Positions 10,630-22,040 of a stretch of DNA of 64,000 bases are shown piece after piece; the stretch's first letter is position 1, and the number at the start of each line of letters is the position of its first letter. The notes beneath the pieces are model-generated. The model had not been told where the DNA came from. It made no database searches and saw only the letters and a program-made list of their open reading frames with translations. Where the stretch lies: contig OZ242180.1 in the NCBI GenBank assembly GCA_965205485.1, forward strand, positions 1,664,001-1,728,000, read 5' to 3'. A program made the translations under genes and the position numbers. Source of the DNA: Candidatus Latescibacterota bacterium. GTDB taxonomy: Bacteria; Latescibacterota; UBA2968; GCA-2709665.

Positions 10630-13600
10630 ATGACGATCGAGCAGATATATGACAGGATGGTGAAGTCGCGGCCGTTCGAGGAACTGGCCCGTCTGGTCGA
10701 TGCGCGAACGCCCGAAATCCCCGTTCGCGGGCTCCCGGGCTCGCTGACCGCGTTCGGCATCGCCTGCGTTGAGGAAACCACAACGGGCCCTGTATTGGTG
10801 GTGTGCGCATCTGAGGACCGGGCGGAAGAAGCGCGAGACGATCTCGAACGGGTGCTGGGTTCGGCGCGTGTGGGCATGTTCCCGGTCTGGGGCGGGTCTC
10901 CGTACGACCACCGTTCGCCTCATCTCGACGTGATGGGGCTTCGGCTGGAGGCCCTGGATCAGTTGCGGGGGGCGGGCGACGGGGTTGTGGTTGCGCCGGT
11001 GGAAGCCCTGATGAGCCATACCCTGCCGCCCGACCTGTACGATCTGGCAGTTCAGGAGATCAGGGTCGGGGAGGAGGTCGCGCCCGATGGATTGGCGGAA
11101 CATCTGGTGGATATCGGCTATGAGCGCGTGACCCTGGTTGGCGGGGTGGGGCAGTTCAGCGTGCGGGGCGGGATCCTGGACGTCTGCTCGTTTGGCAGCA
11201 CACATCCGGTCCGCATCGAGTTCTTCGGCGACGAGGTGGAGTCGATTCGAGCGTTCGATCTGGGCACGCAGCGGTCTGTGGCCAGACGCGAAAACGTGCG
11301 GGTGCTGCCGTGCCGCGAGGCGGTCCTGGCGGAGACGTTGTCGGACGTTTTTGAGGAACATCTGGACGAAGCGGAACAGCAGCTTGGGATGGGCCTCGAT
11401 GGGCTGCGTGAGATGTTGGAGAGCGAGGGCGCATTCGACGGCCTCGAGCATTACCTGGGCGTGTTGTACAGGGACAACACCTGCCTGCTGGACCACGTTC
11501 AGGGAGGTTATGTCGTCGTGGACGACCCCGCGGCCGTGGAAGCGGCCGCGGCTGACGCCTGGGCGCGGGTGGAGGTGGCGGCGCGGCGCCAGAAGCGGAG
11601 GCGCGGAGAGCCGGAGCCGCTTCCGTCGCGCTCCGTCGCCCGTCATCCGGAGGCGACCCTGAAACGCCTGGCCGGCATGCGCAGGGTCCTGAACTGGCCG
11701 TTGGGCGGACCGTCGGAGGACGGCGTCCACTTCTCCGGCATCGGCGGGAGGCGATACGAGGGTCATCTGGATTCATTGAAGGAGGACCTGAGGAGACACT
11801 GGCAGGCGGATTACGAGGTGGTCCTGTTGTGCGAGAGCCAGGGCCAGAAAGCGCGGTTCGAAGAACTGCTCGAAGAAGAGGAGCACCTGATAACGATACA
11901 CGTGGGCACCCTGCACAGCGGCTTTACGTATACGTCCCCGACGGCGCGGTTGGCCGTGCTGAACGATCACGAGATCTATACCCTCACGCGCCGGCGGCGC
12001 CGTTACAGGCGATTCAAGGACGCCACGCCGATTCGCAGCATTTCGAGCCTCCGGACCGGCGATTTCGTCGTACACGTGGACCATGGCATCGGCCGCTACG
12101 AGGGTATCGAACATCTTGCGGTCGACGGGGTCCGGCAGGACTGTCTGACGATGGTTTATCGAGGCGGAGACCGGGTGTTCGTACCGGTGGACCAAATGGA
12201 CCGCGTGCAAAAATACGCGGGACAGGACGGAGTCGTTCCGGCACTGAGCAAGCTGGGTACGGCAGCCTGGGAACGCATAAAGGAAAAGGCCAGAAAGGAG
12301 GTCTTCAAGATGGCGGGCGAGTTGCTGTCTCTCTACGCGGAGAGAAAAGCAACGCCCGGAATCGAATTCTCGGATGACACAGCGCTCCAGCAAGCCCTTG
12401 AAGCTTCGTTTCCGTTCCAGGAGACGCGGGACCAACTTCAGACAATTCGCGAAGTAAAGGAGGATATGGAACAGTCGGCGCCGATGGATCGTCTGGTGTG
12501 CGGTGACGTTGGTTACGGAAAAACGGAAGTGGCGGTAAGGGCGGCGTTCAAGGCGGTGGCCGATGGAAAGCAGGTTGCGGTTCTGGCGCCGACCACCATT
12601 CTCGCGCAGCAGCACTATCGTACGTTTTCAGAGCGGTTGGACGGTCTTCCGGTTACAGTCGACGTGTTGAGCCGGTTCCGGACGCCCCGTGAGCTGCGGA
12701 CCGCGCTGGACGGCCTCGCCGCCGGGCAGGTGGACGTTGCGGTAGGTACACACCGCATGCTGTCTCAGGACGTCCGGTTTCGGGATCTGGGATTGCTCGT
12801 GATCGATGAAGAACACCGGTTCGGCGTGCGCCACAAGGAGCGGCTCAAGCAGGTTCGGCGGCAAGTGGATGTACTCACGCTGACGGCGACGCCGATTCCC
12901 AGGACGCTTCACATGTCCCTGATGGGCGCCCGGGATATGTCCATCATCCGTACGCCCCCCAGAGACCGGCTGCCTATCACGACCGAGGTCCTGCCGTTTG
13001 ACGAAGAGAGGATCGCGGAGGCGATTCTGCGGGAGGTTGACCGGGGGGGACAGGTGTATTTCGTCCACAACAGGGTACAATCGATGCCGGCCATCGTGAA
13101 TTTCCTCGAACAGCTCGTCCCGCAGGTGCGGTTCGGCGTGGCCCACGGTCAGATGCCGGAGAGACAACTCGAAAAGGTGATGATGGATTTTCTGGATGCC
13201 AGGTACGACTGCCTGATTTCCACGATGATTATCGAATCGGGATTGGATATCCCCAGTGTGAATACGCTGATCGTGAACCGCGCCGACCGCATGGGGCTCG
13301 CGCAGCTCTACCAGCTTCGCGGGCGCGTGGGTCGTTCGGCGCGGCAGGCGTTCGCGTTTCTTCTGATTCCTTCCTGGAAGTCGCTGAAAAAACCGGCCGT
13401 CCGGCGCCTGCGCGCCATCGAGGAATTCGCGGATCTTGGCTCAGGGTTCAATATCTCAATGCGGGACATGGAAATCCGGGGAACGGGCAACCTCCTGGGC
13501 GCGCAACAACATGGGCACATTACGGCCGTCGGCTTCGAGCTCTATTGCCGTCTGCTGGATGAGGCGATCGCCCAGATTCACGGCAACGAAACCGAGCCCG

Positions 13601-14040
13601 CCGCGGAGCCGGACGTGCAGGTGGCCGTATCCGCATATATTCCGGAAGCCTATATTTCGGACGAAGATCTGAAGATGCAGTTCTACCAGCGCCTTGGCGA
13701 CTGCCGGCAGACGGTTGAGGTCCTGACGCTCGAGGAGGAAATGGCGGACCGGTTCGGTCCGTTGCCCGGCCCCGCCGCGGCGCTGCTGGATACCGTATCC
13801 GTGCGGATACTGGCGAGGCAGCTGCGCGCGCACACGGTACGTACCGGACGCACGCTGTCGGTGGTATTTCCCGTCGGCCGGATGCTGACCAGGAAGCAGG
13901 TGGAAGCCTGGATCGCGGCCGCGCCCGTTCCACTCCAGTTTTCCCTGGGGGAGCAGGTGCTGATCGAGGCGGAGCTGGATGGCGCCGGCCCCAGGGAACG
14001 CCTTGCAAATGCCAAAAAGGTGTTGCAGAGCCTCGTCTGA
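10630..14040 (+). CDS. mfd: Transcription-repair coupling factor
   Basis: UvrB-like N-terminus, [41 protein letters not shown] and TRCF C-terminal domain. Confidence 0.98.
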   Translation: MTIEQIYDRMVKSRPFEELARLVDARTPEIPVRGLPGSLTAFGIACVEETTTGPVLVVCASEDRAEEARDDLERVLGSARVGMFPVWGGSPYDHRSPHLDVMGLRLEALDQLRGAGDGVVVAPVEALMSHTLPPDLYDLAVQEIRVGEEVAPDGLAEHLVDIGYERVTLVGGVGQFSVRGGILDVCSFGSTHPVRIEFFGDEVESIRAFDLGTQRSVARRENVRVLPCREAVLAETLSDVFEEHLDEAEQQLGMGLDGLREMLESEGAFDGLEHYLGVLYRDNTCLLDHVQGGYVVVDDPAAVEAAAADAWARVEVAARRQKRRRGEPEPLPSRSVARHPEATLKRLAGMRRVLNWPLGGPSEDGVHFSGIGGRRYEGHLDSLKEDLRRHWQADYEVVLLCESQGQKARFEELLEEEEHLITIHVGTLHSGFTYTSPTARLAVLNDHEIYTLTRRRRRYRRFKDATPIRSISSLRTGDFVVHVDHGIGRYEGIEHLAVDGVRQDCLTMVYRGGDRVFVPVDQMDRVQKYAGQDGVVPALSKLGTAAWERIKEKARKEVFKMAGELLSLYAERKATPGIEFSDDTALQQALEASFPFQETRDQLQTIREVKEDMEQSAPMDRLVCGDVGYGKTEVAVRAAFKAVADGKQVAVLAPTTILAQQHYRTFSERLDGLPVTVDVLSRFRTPRELRTALDGLAAGQVDVAVGTHRMLSQDVRFRDLGLLVIDEEHRFGVRHKERLKQVRRQVDVLTLTATPIPRTLHMSLMGARDMSIIRTPPRDRLPITTEVLPFDEERIAEAILREVDRGGQVYFVHNRVQSMPAIVNFLEQLVPQVRFGVAHGQMPERQLEKVMMDFLDARYDCLISTMIIESGLDIPSVNTLIVNRADRMGLAQLYQLRGRVGRSARQAFAFLLIPSWKSLKKPAVRRLRAIEEFADLGSGFNISMRDMEIRGTGNLLGAQQHGHITAVGFELYCRLLDEAIAQIHGNETEPAAEPDVQVAVSAYIPEAYISDEDLKMQFYQRLGDCRQTVEVLTLEEEMADRFGPLPGPAAALLDTVSVRILARQLRAHTVRTGRTLSVVFPVGRMLTRKQVEAWIAAAPVPLQFSLGEQVLIEAELDGAGPRERLANAKKVLQSLV

Positions 14041-14185
14041 ACGGATATATTCCCGGCCGGATACCGGGACAGAACATTCGGAACCGGACGACGCTCCGGT
14101 AGTCACAAATAGGAGCTGTCGCTCGCATGCAGAATCGTCCGGCGTAGGCCGTGGGGACGTACCTCGCAATCGGAGACGGAACACG

Positions 14186-15487
14186 ATGACAAGAAGCCAT
14201 CCAAAAGGCGCGTGGTTTGCATTGGCCGCGGCTGTGGCGCTGATATGCACGGCGAACGCCGCGGCAAAACCGCAGCTGCTGGATCAGATCGTCGCCGTGG
14301 TGGACGATCAGATCGTATTGCGTTCAGACGTGATGTCCAGCATGGCGCTGGTTGCCATGCAGCGGGGGCTGAGCCGGGAGGACCTCACGCCGGACAGGGT
14401 CAGTGAGTTGTTCGAGGTAATACTCGGGAACATGATCCAGGAAAAGCTCCTGCTGGCCAGGGCGGAACAGGACAGCATCGAGGTGGACGAGGAGGTCATC
14501 GAACGTGCGGTCCGTTCCCGCGTCCGGGAACTCAAGGCGGAACATGGCGAAGAGGCGTTTGCCGGCCAACTTGCCGAAGGGGGCGTAACAGAACGTGACC
14601 TGCGCGACCAGTACCGACAGGAGTTTCGGAAAGATTTTCTGAGACAGCGGATGTACACGCGCCTCAGCCAGCAGGTCGAAGTCTCGTTCAAGGACGTCCA
14701 GGGGTACAAGGAGCGCTACAAGAACGAACTACCCCCATTGTTGAGTATCAGTCATCTCCTGGTGGCTATCGAAGCTTCGGACGACCGTGCGGCGGAAGTC
14801 AGGGCGCAAGCGGACGCGATCATCGACCGCCTGAAAAACGGTGAAGACTTCGCGACCCTGGCGCAGCAGTATTCCAGCGACGCGGGAAGCCGGGAGGAAG
14901 GCGGCGACCTGGGTTATTTTCCGCGCGGACGCATGGTCCCGGCGTTTGAGGAGGCGGCCTTTGCGCTGCGGCCCGGGGAGATCAGCGCGCCGGTCAAAAC
15001 GAAGTTCGGTTACCATATCATCAAGGTGGAGGCAGCGTCCGGGGACCAGGTACGGGCGCGGCACATTCTTATTCCACTGCAGCCCTCGACGCGGGACGTG
15101 AAGACGGCCTACGACAAAGCGTTGGATCTGGCGAAACAGGCCCAGGCGGGAGAGGATTTCGCGGAACTGGCTCGAGAACATTCCGCGCACGAGGAGACCG
15201 CCAGGAAGGGCGGGCGGCTTCCCGGTCCGTTCTCTCAGGAGAACCTGCCATCCGAATTTTCGGACGTCCTGAAAACCATGCGCATGGGCGAAGTAAGCGC
15301 GCCGATACAATCGGAATACGGATGGCATGTCGTAAAGGTGAATGACGACCAGGACGCCGTGAAGGAAATCATGCAACAGGTCCGCCTGCAGGAGCGGTTT
15401 GAAGAGGTACTCTCGGAGACGCGCGAGCGTCTGTACGTGGAAGTTCGCCCGTACGATCTGGGTTACGGAAGCGGACCGCAGGAGTGA
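14186..15487 (+). CDS. surA: SurA-like periplasmic chaperone / parvulin peptidyl-prolyl isomerase
   Basis: Signal peptide, DQIVAVVD SurA N-terminus, and two rotamase domains ([32 protein letters not shown]). Follows mfd as is common. Confidence 0.85.
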   Translation: MTRSHPKGAWFALAAAVALICTANAAAKPQLLDQIVAVVDDQIVLRSDVMSSMALVAMQRGLSREDLTPDRVSELFEVILGNMIQEKLLLARAEQDSIEVDEEVIERAVRSRVRELKAEHGEEAFAGQLAEGGVTERDLRDQYRQEFRKDFLRQRMYTRLSQQVEVSFKDVQGYKERYKNELPPLLSISHLLVAIEASDDRAAEVRAQADAIIDRLKNGEDFATLAQQYSSDAGSREEGGDLGYFPRGRMVPAFEEAAFALRPGEISAPVKTKFGYHIIKVEAASGDQVRARHILIPLQPSTRDVKTAYDKALDLAKQAQAGEDFAELAREHSAHEETARKGGRLPGPFSQENLPSEFSDVLKTMRMGEVSAPIQSEYGWHVVKVNDDQDAVKEIMQQVRLQERFEEVLSETRERLYVEVRPYDLGYGSGPQE

Positions 15488-15549
15488 GGAAGCAGTGTCC
15501 GGCGGCGCAACGCTCCTCGAACAGGTCTCGGCAATGCGTTTTATTCGAT

Positions 15550-15822
15550 ATGCGGCTTGATTTGTACCTTAAGCGATGTTGTCTGACACGGCGGCGTTCC
15601 GAGGCAAAACGCGCCTGCGAGAACGGAATCGTCATGCTGGACGGTCGGCGGGCGAAGCCGGGTCAGCCCGTCGCGCCGGGCAGGCGCGTGAGCATTTCCT
15701 TTCTGGATCGATACCTGGAGCTGGAAATCCTCAAGCTGCCCGCCGGGAACGTCTCAAGGACGGAGGCCAGGACCTATTACGAAGTGCTTCGGGACGAAGC
15801 GCGCGAGGTCACTGATTTCTAA
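15550..15822 (+). CDS. S4-domain RNA-binding protein (HslR/RqcP-like)
   Basis: MRLDLYL..RRSEAKRACENG....G.RAKP S4 motif; 90 aa. Confidence 0.9.
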   Translation: MRLDLYLKRCCLTRRRSEAKRACENGIVMLDGRRAKPGQPVAPGRRVSISFLDRYLELEILKLPAGNVSRTEARTYYEVLRDEAREVTDF

Positions 15823-15859
15823 TGACACCCATCGACAGGACGTCAAGGCGTCAAGTCCG

Positions 15860-15884
15860 GCCCCGCGGGGCGGGGCTTTTTTTT
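15860..15884 (+). terminator. Rho-independent terminator
   Basis: GCCCCGC-GGG-GCGGGGC followed by T8. Confidence 0.75.
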
Positions 15885-15955
15885 AGCGTACCCCGAGTCG
15901 AAAGTGCGCGGGCGTGTCGTTTGCCCTTTCGCTTTGACCTGCCTATATTGGATTT

Positions 15956-16771
15956 ATGTTCGGAAGAAAAAGGGAAAATCGCGTTGCGCAGCCCTACACC
16001 CGGCTTGCGGAAATTTATGATTATGTCATGCGGCACGTGGACTATGTGCAATGGGCGGACTACATTGAGGCCGTCTTTGCCAGACATAACGTTGCGCCGC
16101 CACGGGTACTCGACCTGGCATGCGGCACGGGCAGCATGGCATTGGAACTGCGAAAGCGGAACTACCGCGCATACGGAGCGGACAATTGCCGGGAAATGCT
16201 GGACGTGGCTATGGACAAAACGGCAAAAGCAGGACAAAACGTCGAATTCTTCCAGAAAAACCTGATGGACCTGTCCGGTCTGCCGCCGGTGGAAGCGGCG
16301 CTGTGTTTGTACGACAGCATGAATTACCTGATGACCATCGAGGACGTCGCCCAGGCGTTGAGAGAGGTCCACCGGATTCTGCTGCCGAACGGCATATTCG
16401 TCTTCGACGTCTGTACTGAAACGAACTCGCTGCGATATTTTCGCAGGCTGACGGATAAGGACGGCGGCGACGGGTTCACGTACGTCAGGGAGAGCTTCTA
16501 CAGGAAAGGGATCCAGTTCAATCGATTCGACATCAGGTTCAAACAGACGGACGTATCCGTGGAAGAGGAACACCGTCAGCGGATTTATGCGCTGCCGGAC
16601 CTATTGACCGTACTGGAACAGTCACCGTTTTCGCTGGAAGGGACCTACGATGGATTTGGTTTCTGCAGGCCTGACGAACATTCGGACCGGGTGCATTTCG
16701 TACTGCGCAAAGCCGGCGCCGGTAACGCGTTGGGGCGCGTGACGAAGGGTTCCGGGGACGTGACGGGATAA
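15956..16771 (+). CDS. Class I SAM-dependent methyltransferase
   Basis: VLDLACGTG motif I, CLYDSMNY and L.PNGIFVFD. Confidence 0.9.
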   Translation: MFGRKRENRVAQPYTRLAEIYDYVMRHVDYVQWADYIEAVFARHNVAPPRVLDLACGTGSMALELRKRNYRAYGADNCREMLDVAMDKTAKAGQNVEFFQKNLMDLSGLPPVEAALCLYDSMNYLMTIEDVAQALREVHRILLPNGIFVFDVCTETNSLRYFRRLTDKDGGDGFTYVRESFYRKGIQFNRFDIRFKQTDVSVEEEHRQRIYALPDLLTVLEQSPFSLEGTYDGFGFCRPDEHSDRVHFVLRKAGAGNALGRVTKGSGDVTG

Positions 16772-16798
16772 CCGGGTGGAAGGATACCAGACCTCACG

Positions 16799-17758
16799 AT
16801 GGATTATACCGCAGCCATATCTTTTTTTGAACCTGACGTACCGTATCTGCTTGCAACCCATGTCAATGCGGACTGCGACGGTATTGGGGGCCTCCTGGCG
16901 CTGAGGGAGATGCTCGTCCGGAAAGAGCGGGTTTGCAGGCTCATCGTCAGCGACGAGACTTTGAATCCGAAGTTTGCTTTTCTACCGGGATTTGAGCATA
17001 TTGAGTTGTACCGATCTCTTGCGCATCGACCGTCCTTTAACAGGGCGGTATTTGTGGACACGCCCACGCTCGACCCGCAGCGCGTGGGCGACGTTTGCCG
17101 GCTGATCGGAGAGCGCGCCAGCACGATGATTATCGATCATCACGCGGCCCGGAAGCCGGAGGGCGACGTCCGCATCGTCGATAGCGCGGCCAGTTCCGCC
17201 AGTGAGCTGGTCTATGGGCTGCTTCTCGCGGCGGAGGCGGAGATCGGGTCTGCGGTCGCCAACCAGATTTACGCGGGAATCGCTTTCGATACCAAGCTGT
17301 TCAGGGTTTCGCATCCGGAACGTGCGCTGAAGGTATGCGGCGAACTGGTGGATTACGGCGCGGCCCCGGAAGCGATTGCCGACGCGCTGTTCGCCCGGGA
17401 AAGCCTTGAAACCATGGTGACGCTGGCGGCCGCTCTGGGTACGCTGGAACTTCATTACGATGGCCGGGTGAATACGCTGGTGGTGGACCACGAGACGTAC
17501 CGGATGGGTGGCGACCCGGATCCCGTGGTGGACCACGCTATGGCAATCGACGGGGTTCAGGTGGCGGTGGTTCTGAAGGAAGAGGCACACGGTCGGTTCC
17601 GCGTCAGCCTGCGTTCGCGGGGCGGGGTGGATGTGAATCGAATCGCCGCAGCGTTTGGCGGCGGCGGGCACAGGCGCGCTTCGGGGTGCAGGATTGAAAA
17701 GCCCGTTGAAGAGGCGAAACGCCTGCTGTTGGCCGAAGTAGAGAAGCAATTGAACTGA
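16799..17758 (+). CDS. nrnA: DHH/DHHA1 phosphoesterase (NrnA-like oligoribonuclease/pAp phosphatase)
   Basis: H.NADCD, FVD, IDHH, DT, VSLRS and FGGGGH..ASG. Confidence 0.88.
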   Translation: MDYTAAISFFEPDVPYLLATHVNADCDGIGGLLALREMLVRKERVCRLIVSDETLNPKFAFLPGFEHIELYRSLAHRPSFNRAVFVDTPTLDPQRVGDVCRLIGERASTMIIDHHAARKPEGDVRIVDSAASSASELVYGLLLAAEAEIGSAVANQIYAGIAFDTKLFRVSHPERALKVCGELVDYGAAPEAIADALFARESLETMVTLAAALGTLELHYDGRVNTLVVDHETYRMGGDPDPVVDHAMAIDGVQVAVVLKEEAHGRFRVSLRSRGGVDVNRIAAAFGGGGHRRASGCRIEKPVEEAKRLLLAEVEKQLN

Positions 17759-17840
17759 TTCCGCACGATGCAGCCGCGCGGACACGACCTGCGGTCGGCC
17801 GTCTGACGCTCGTCCGGGTGAGGAGGAACGTCGTTCGCCA

Positions 17841-18749
17841 ATGGATTTGATTACGCTCAAGACATGGTCGTCTGAGGAAATCCTGGAAACGGTCGAGGCG
17901 GGTCTGTTGATGAAGGCAGACCCGAAACGGTTTTCGGGATCATTGCGGGGCCGAACGCTGGCGATGCTGTTTCAGAAGCCATCGACGCGGACCCGATGTT
18001 CGTTCGAGACGGGGATGAACCAGCTGGGGGGGTACGCCATGAACCTGGATTGGCGCGCCACCAATTTCCAGTTGGCGGACCTCAGGGACGAAGCCCAGGT
18101 TCTTTCCCGGTATTCCGACGTCATTATGGCCAGGATGTTGAATCATTGCGACCTCCGTGAACTTGCGGCCGGGGCGGAGGTTCCCGTGATTAACGGGTGT
18201 TGCGACCGGTACCACCCGTGCCAGGCGCTTGGCGATCTGATGACGGTACGTGAAATCCGGGGAAAACTGGAAGGCGCCCACCTGGTCTACGTGGGCATCC
18301 GGAACAACGTGTGCAATTCATTGATCGCCGGATGTACCAAGGCCGGAGTGCGAATCACGACGGTGACGCCGGAAGTAAACAAACCCTCCGAAGACGAAGA
18401 CCTCACCGATCGGGCCAGGAAGACCGGTCTTTACCGGGAGACCCTGGACCTGGAGGCGGCGGTGGCCGGAGCGGATTTCCTGTATACGGATACCTGGATC
18501 GACATGGAATTCTTCGAAGATCCTGCGTATGAAGCGGAAAAGAAGCGACGCGTCGAGGCCTTTGCCACGTATCAGATTAATATGGACCTGCTGGACAAAA
18601 CCGGAGCGCTGGTCATGCATTGCCTGCCCGCACACAAAGGGTACGAGTTGACAGCGGAAGTGATGGCGAGCCAACGATGCGTGGCGGTGGACCAGGCGGA
18701 AAACAGGATGCACGTCCAGAAGGCGATCCTGACGCAGTTGCTCGGATAA
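17841..18749 (+). CDS. argF: Ornithine carbamoyltransferase
   Basis: PSTRT, HPCQ, YTDTW and HCLP motifs. Confidence 0.88.
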   Translation: MDLITLKTWSSEEILETVEAGLLMKADPKRFSGSLRGRTLAMLFQKPSTRTRCSFETGMNQLGGYAMNLDWRATNFQLADLRDEAQVLSRYSDVIMARMLNHCDLRELAAGAEVPVINGCCDRYHPCQALGDLMTVREIRGKLEGAHLVYVGIRNNVCNSLIAGCTKAGVRITTVTPEVNKPSEDEDLTDRARKTGLYRETLDLEAAVAGADFLYTDTWIDMEFFEDPAYEAEKKRRVEAFATYQINMDLLDKTGALVMHCLPAHKGYELTAEVMASQRCVAVDQAENRMHVQKAILTQLLG

Positions 18750-18785
18750 CGAAGCCGCCCCCGCGGCACGGGAGTATGGATCGGC

Positions 18786-19421
18786 GTGGCGGGACTCTTT
18801 ATTACCTTTGAAGGCATCGACAGAAGCGGGAAAACCACTCAGGCCAAACGGCTGGCCGAACGGCTTCGCGCGGAAGGGCGATCCGTGGTGTTCACCCTGG
18901 AACCGGGCGGAACCGGGCTGGGCCGGAAGGTTCGCAGTCTGCTGCTGGAGCGTCGATCGGAAGTGGACCCAATTGCGGAGATGCTGTTATTCACGGCCGA
19001 TCGGGCCCAACACGTCAATACGGTGATCCGTCCGGCGCTCTCGCAGGGAGAAGTGGTCGTATCCGATCGGTTTTTCGACTCCACGGTCGTCTATCAGGGG
19101 TACGGGCGCGGGCTGAACGTGGATCGTATTCGGGCGGTCCAGGAGGTGGCCACCGGGGGGCTGAGACCGGACCTGACCGTCTGGATCGACGTGGACCTCG
19201 AAACCTCGAAGCAGCGACGGATACCAGAAGATGCCGACAGGCTCGAGGCCGCCGGCGACGCGTTTTTCAACCGTGTAAGGAACGGCTACCAAAGGATCTG
19301 GCAGGCGGAGCCGGAACGGGTTCTTCGGGTTGACGGCCGGCTCCCTGTCGAGGAACTCGCGTGCCGGATCCACAAAGCGGTACGGGATCGGCTGCCGGGC
19401 GCGGTTCGGCCAAACGGTTGA
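18786..19421 (+). CDS. tmk: Thymidylate kinase
   Basis: FITFEGIDRSGKTTQ, EPGGT, DRF and YQG. Confidence 0.95.
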   Translation: MAGLFITFEGIDRSGKTTQAKRLAERLRAEGRSVVFTLEPGGTGLGRKVRSLLLERRSEVDPIAEMLLFTADRAQHVNTVIRPALSQGEVVVSDRFFDSTVVYQGYGRGLNVDRIRAVQEVATGGLRPDLTVWIDVDLETSKQRRIPEDADRLEAAGDAFFNRVRNGYQRIWQAEPERVLRVDGRLPVEELACRIHKAVRDRLPGAVRPNG

Positions 19422-19545
19422 TTCACAGCGAGTTCGGGGCGGGGACGGCGGCACGCGACGGCTTCCCGGAAGAATGGCGAGAGATTGCCGGGACAGGACC
19501 CGCGACAACGTGGAAGGTTGGGATCTGATAATGCGGAGGCGGAAT

Positions 19546-21468
19546 ATGAGCGGACGGAAACGCAGACGGATATGGGTAGGAGCGGCACTCATCGGCATTC
19601 TGGGGACCTGCGTGGTTCTGGACTCGCGGCTTGTCAATGGGGAAGACGGCTACGCCGCCGTGGAGAACAGTATCGACGAATACATCGAAACACTGAAGCT
19701 GCTGACCACGAGTTATTACAAACCACTGGCGTCCGACTCGCTCACGACTTCAGCCATCGAAGGCATGCTGGACGAACTCGACCCGTATACGCAGATGCTC
19801 AACAAGCGCGGTCTGGACGATCTGATCATCGATACCCAGGGCAAATTCGGCGGGCTGGGCATCACCATCAGCACCATGAAGAGGAACGGCGTCGAGGTAC
19901 CCGTCGTTCTGAGTGTTATCGAGGGTACGCCTGCCGATACTTCCGGCCTTGTGGTCGGCGACCGGATCGTCGCGGTGGACGGAGATCCCACTCTGAATAA
20001 AAAGCTCGAGGAGGTCGTGGACGTGCTGCGTGGGACGCCTGGCAATCGGGTTGTGATTACGATCGACCGAACGGGCCGCTCTCAGACGTTCGACCAGGAG
20101 ATTATCCGGGCGCGTATTCGCGTGAAAAGCGTGGCGAGCATTGACGGAATCGAAGAAGGTATCGGTTACATCGCCATGTCCGGTCTGATCAGCAGCCGGT
20201 TTTCAGAGTCCACCCCGGATGAGCTGAAAGCCGCCGTGGATGAGCTGAAAGCGAAGAATCCCAGGGGTATTATCCTGGATCTGAGGGGGAATCCGGGCGG
20301 GCTGCTGGCGCAGGCCGTCGCCGTCGCCGACGTGTTTCTGGAACCCGATCTGCTGGTTGTCACCACGCGGGGCCGCGTGGATTCCCAGAATAAAGAATAT
20401 CGCACCGCGGAAGCGTCCAGGGTTAAGGATATCCCGCTCGTGGTTCTGGTCAACAGCCACAGCGCGAGCGCATCGGAGATTGTCGCCGGGGCGATTCAGG
20501 ACTCGGACCGGGGGCTGATCCTGGGCACACCAACTTTCGGCAAGGGCTCCGTTCAGTCCTTTCAGCGTGTCAGCAATGAAAAAGCGTTGAAGTGGACGAC
20601 AGCCCTCTATTACACCCCCAGCGGTCGCAGCATCCACAAGAGCAGGCGGTTCGGACGGCTGGGCAACCTGGCATTGAGTGTCGGGGAGTCGCAGGTGCCT
20701 CTGTATCAGACGGTTGCGACGATTGCGGGGGAAGAGAGTCGGGAGGACGCGATCACGCGGCTATTCGAACAGTTCGATCTTGAATCCACAAAACAGGCAG
20801 AGCAGCTGTTCGAGACGGAGCTGGGTCAGATGCTGGGAATGGCGTTGAGAGAGGACCGCGTCGCAAACGAAGTCTCGGATTCGGCCAGGGTCTTCAAGAC
20901 TGCCGGCGGGCGTACGGTCTTCGGCGGAGGCGGAATCACGCCCGACGTGGTGGTGAAACCGAAGCGCAGACCAAGATTGATACTCGAAATGTACCGGGCC
21001 GGATTGTTTTTCGACTTTGCCGTAGAATACGCCGCGCAGACCACGTTTCCCCGGAATCCGGAGGGCTACGAGGTGGGGGACAGGGAAATCAACGCGTTCC
21101 GGGCATTTCTCGCGGACTCGTCGAAACTCGGCAATTTCGGTCGTTACCGCACGCCGGCCCAGAACGAACTGGAGAATCTGAACCGGGCGCTGGCTGCCGC
21201 GGGCCTGGAACCGAAAGCGGACCGGGCATTGGAAGTCCTGCGGAACGTCGTTGAATCGGAGCGGGAGGCGGAGTTCGAAAAGGCGGAACCGTTTATCCGG
21301 CTGGAAATCGGAAGGGAACTGGGAAACCGGGTCTGGGGGAAGAAGGGACGCATTCTGGCGCGGCTGAAGGGCGATGAACAGTTTCACGAGGCCGTCCGAA
21401 TTCTCAAGGACCCTGAACGGTACCGAAGGAGTATGAAGCTGGCGCTCGCCGACGATAGCGGGCGTTGA
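19546..21468 (+). CDS. S41 family carboxy-terminal processing protease with PDZ domain
   Basis: LDPY, GGLGI PDZ, DLRGNPGG, SASASEI, TFGKGSVQ and YYTPSGRSI. N-terminal TM/signal; GGAGG RBS before ATG 19546. Confidence 0.92.
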   Translation: MSGRKRRRIWVGAALIGILGTCVVLDSRLVNGEDGYAAVENSIDEYIETLKLLTTSYYKPLASDSLTTSAIEGMLDELDPYTQMLNKRGLDDLIIDTQGKFGGLGITISTMKRNGVEVPVVLSVIEGTPADTSGLVVGDRIVAVDGDPTLNKKLEEVVDVLRGTPGNRVVITIDRTGRSQTFDQEIIRARIRVKSVASIDGIEEGIGYIAMSGLISSRFSESTPDELKAAVDELKAKNPRGIILDLRGNPGGLLAQAVAVADVFLEPDLLVVTTRGRVDSQNKEYRTAEASRVKDIPLVVLVNSHSASASEIVAGAIQDSDRGLILGTPTFGKGSVQSFQRVSNEKALKWTTALYYTPSGRSIHKSRRFGRLGNLALSVGESQVPLYQTVATIAGEESREDAITRLFEQFDLESTKQAEQLFETELGQMLGMALREDRVANEVSDSARVFKTAGGRTVFGGGGITPDVVVKPKRRPRLILEMYRAGLFFDFAVEYAAQTTFPRNPEGYEVGDREINAFRAFLADSSKLGNFGRYRTPAQNELENLNRALAAAGLEPKADRALEVLRNVVESEREAEFEKAEPFIRLEIGRELGNRVWGKKGRILARLKGDEQFHEAVRILKDPERYRRSMKLALADDSGR

Positions 21469-21980
21469 ACGCGAAGCCGGATGCAAAACCGACGTTCCTT
21501 GCGCGGGACAACCACGATACGTGGGCGGAGATCATGGAAGACGCAAACGGTGATCGGGGCGATCTCTACGAAGAGGTACTCGAACACGCACGCCGCGAAA
21601 TAAATGCATCGGCCTCCCAGGTTGAAGAGCTGAGACGTGCGCTCAACTTGCTCGAAGCGCGTGTCGAGGCGGCGAAGGCCGTCTACGAAGCCGCTGCCGC
21701 TCGCCTGAATCTGCAGGACGAGTCGGACGGCCAGGGTCTTTCTGTTTCGGAATCGCTGGCATCCGTCCAGGCGCTCCTGTCGGATGATGAATCCAGGGCG
21801 TTGCGGAGCTGCCCCCGGAATCACTCCACGGCCGGGTTGGCGACCCGGCAACAGGACGGGGAGAAAGACGACCCTCCCGAATCATGGCGCCGGTTTCAGA
21901 TTGGCGGATCCACCCTGGTGTGGAAGCGAGTCAAGAAGCCGAAGCGGCGGCAGAGCCGGAGCGGGGGCAGGGCTTCCTGA
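21465..21980 (+). CDS. Hypothetical protein with a coiled-coil segment (start may be 21534)
   Basis: Fills the gap in a co-oriented run; heptad-like helix EELRRALNLLEARVEAAKAVYEAA. Confidence 0.55.
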   Translation: MNAKPDAKPTFLARDNHDTWAEIMEDANGDRGDLYEEVLEHARREINASASQVEELRRALNLLEARVEAAKAVYEAAAARLNLQDESDGQGLSVSESLASVQALLSDDESRALRSCPRNHSTAGLATRQQDGEKDDPPESWRRFQIGGSTLVWKRVKKPKRRQSRSGGRAS

Positions 21981-22040
21981 ACATTCGCACAACTGTCACT
22001 GTCCTTGAAAAATCACGAAGATTGTCCGCGTCCGAGGTAG

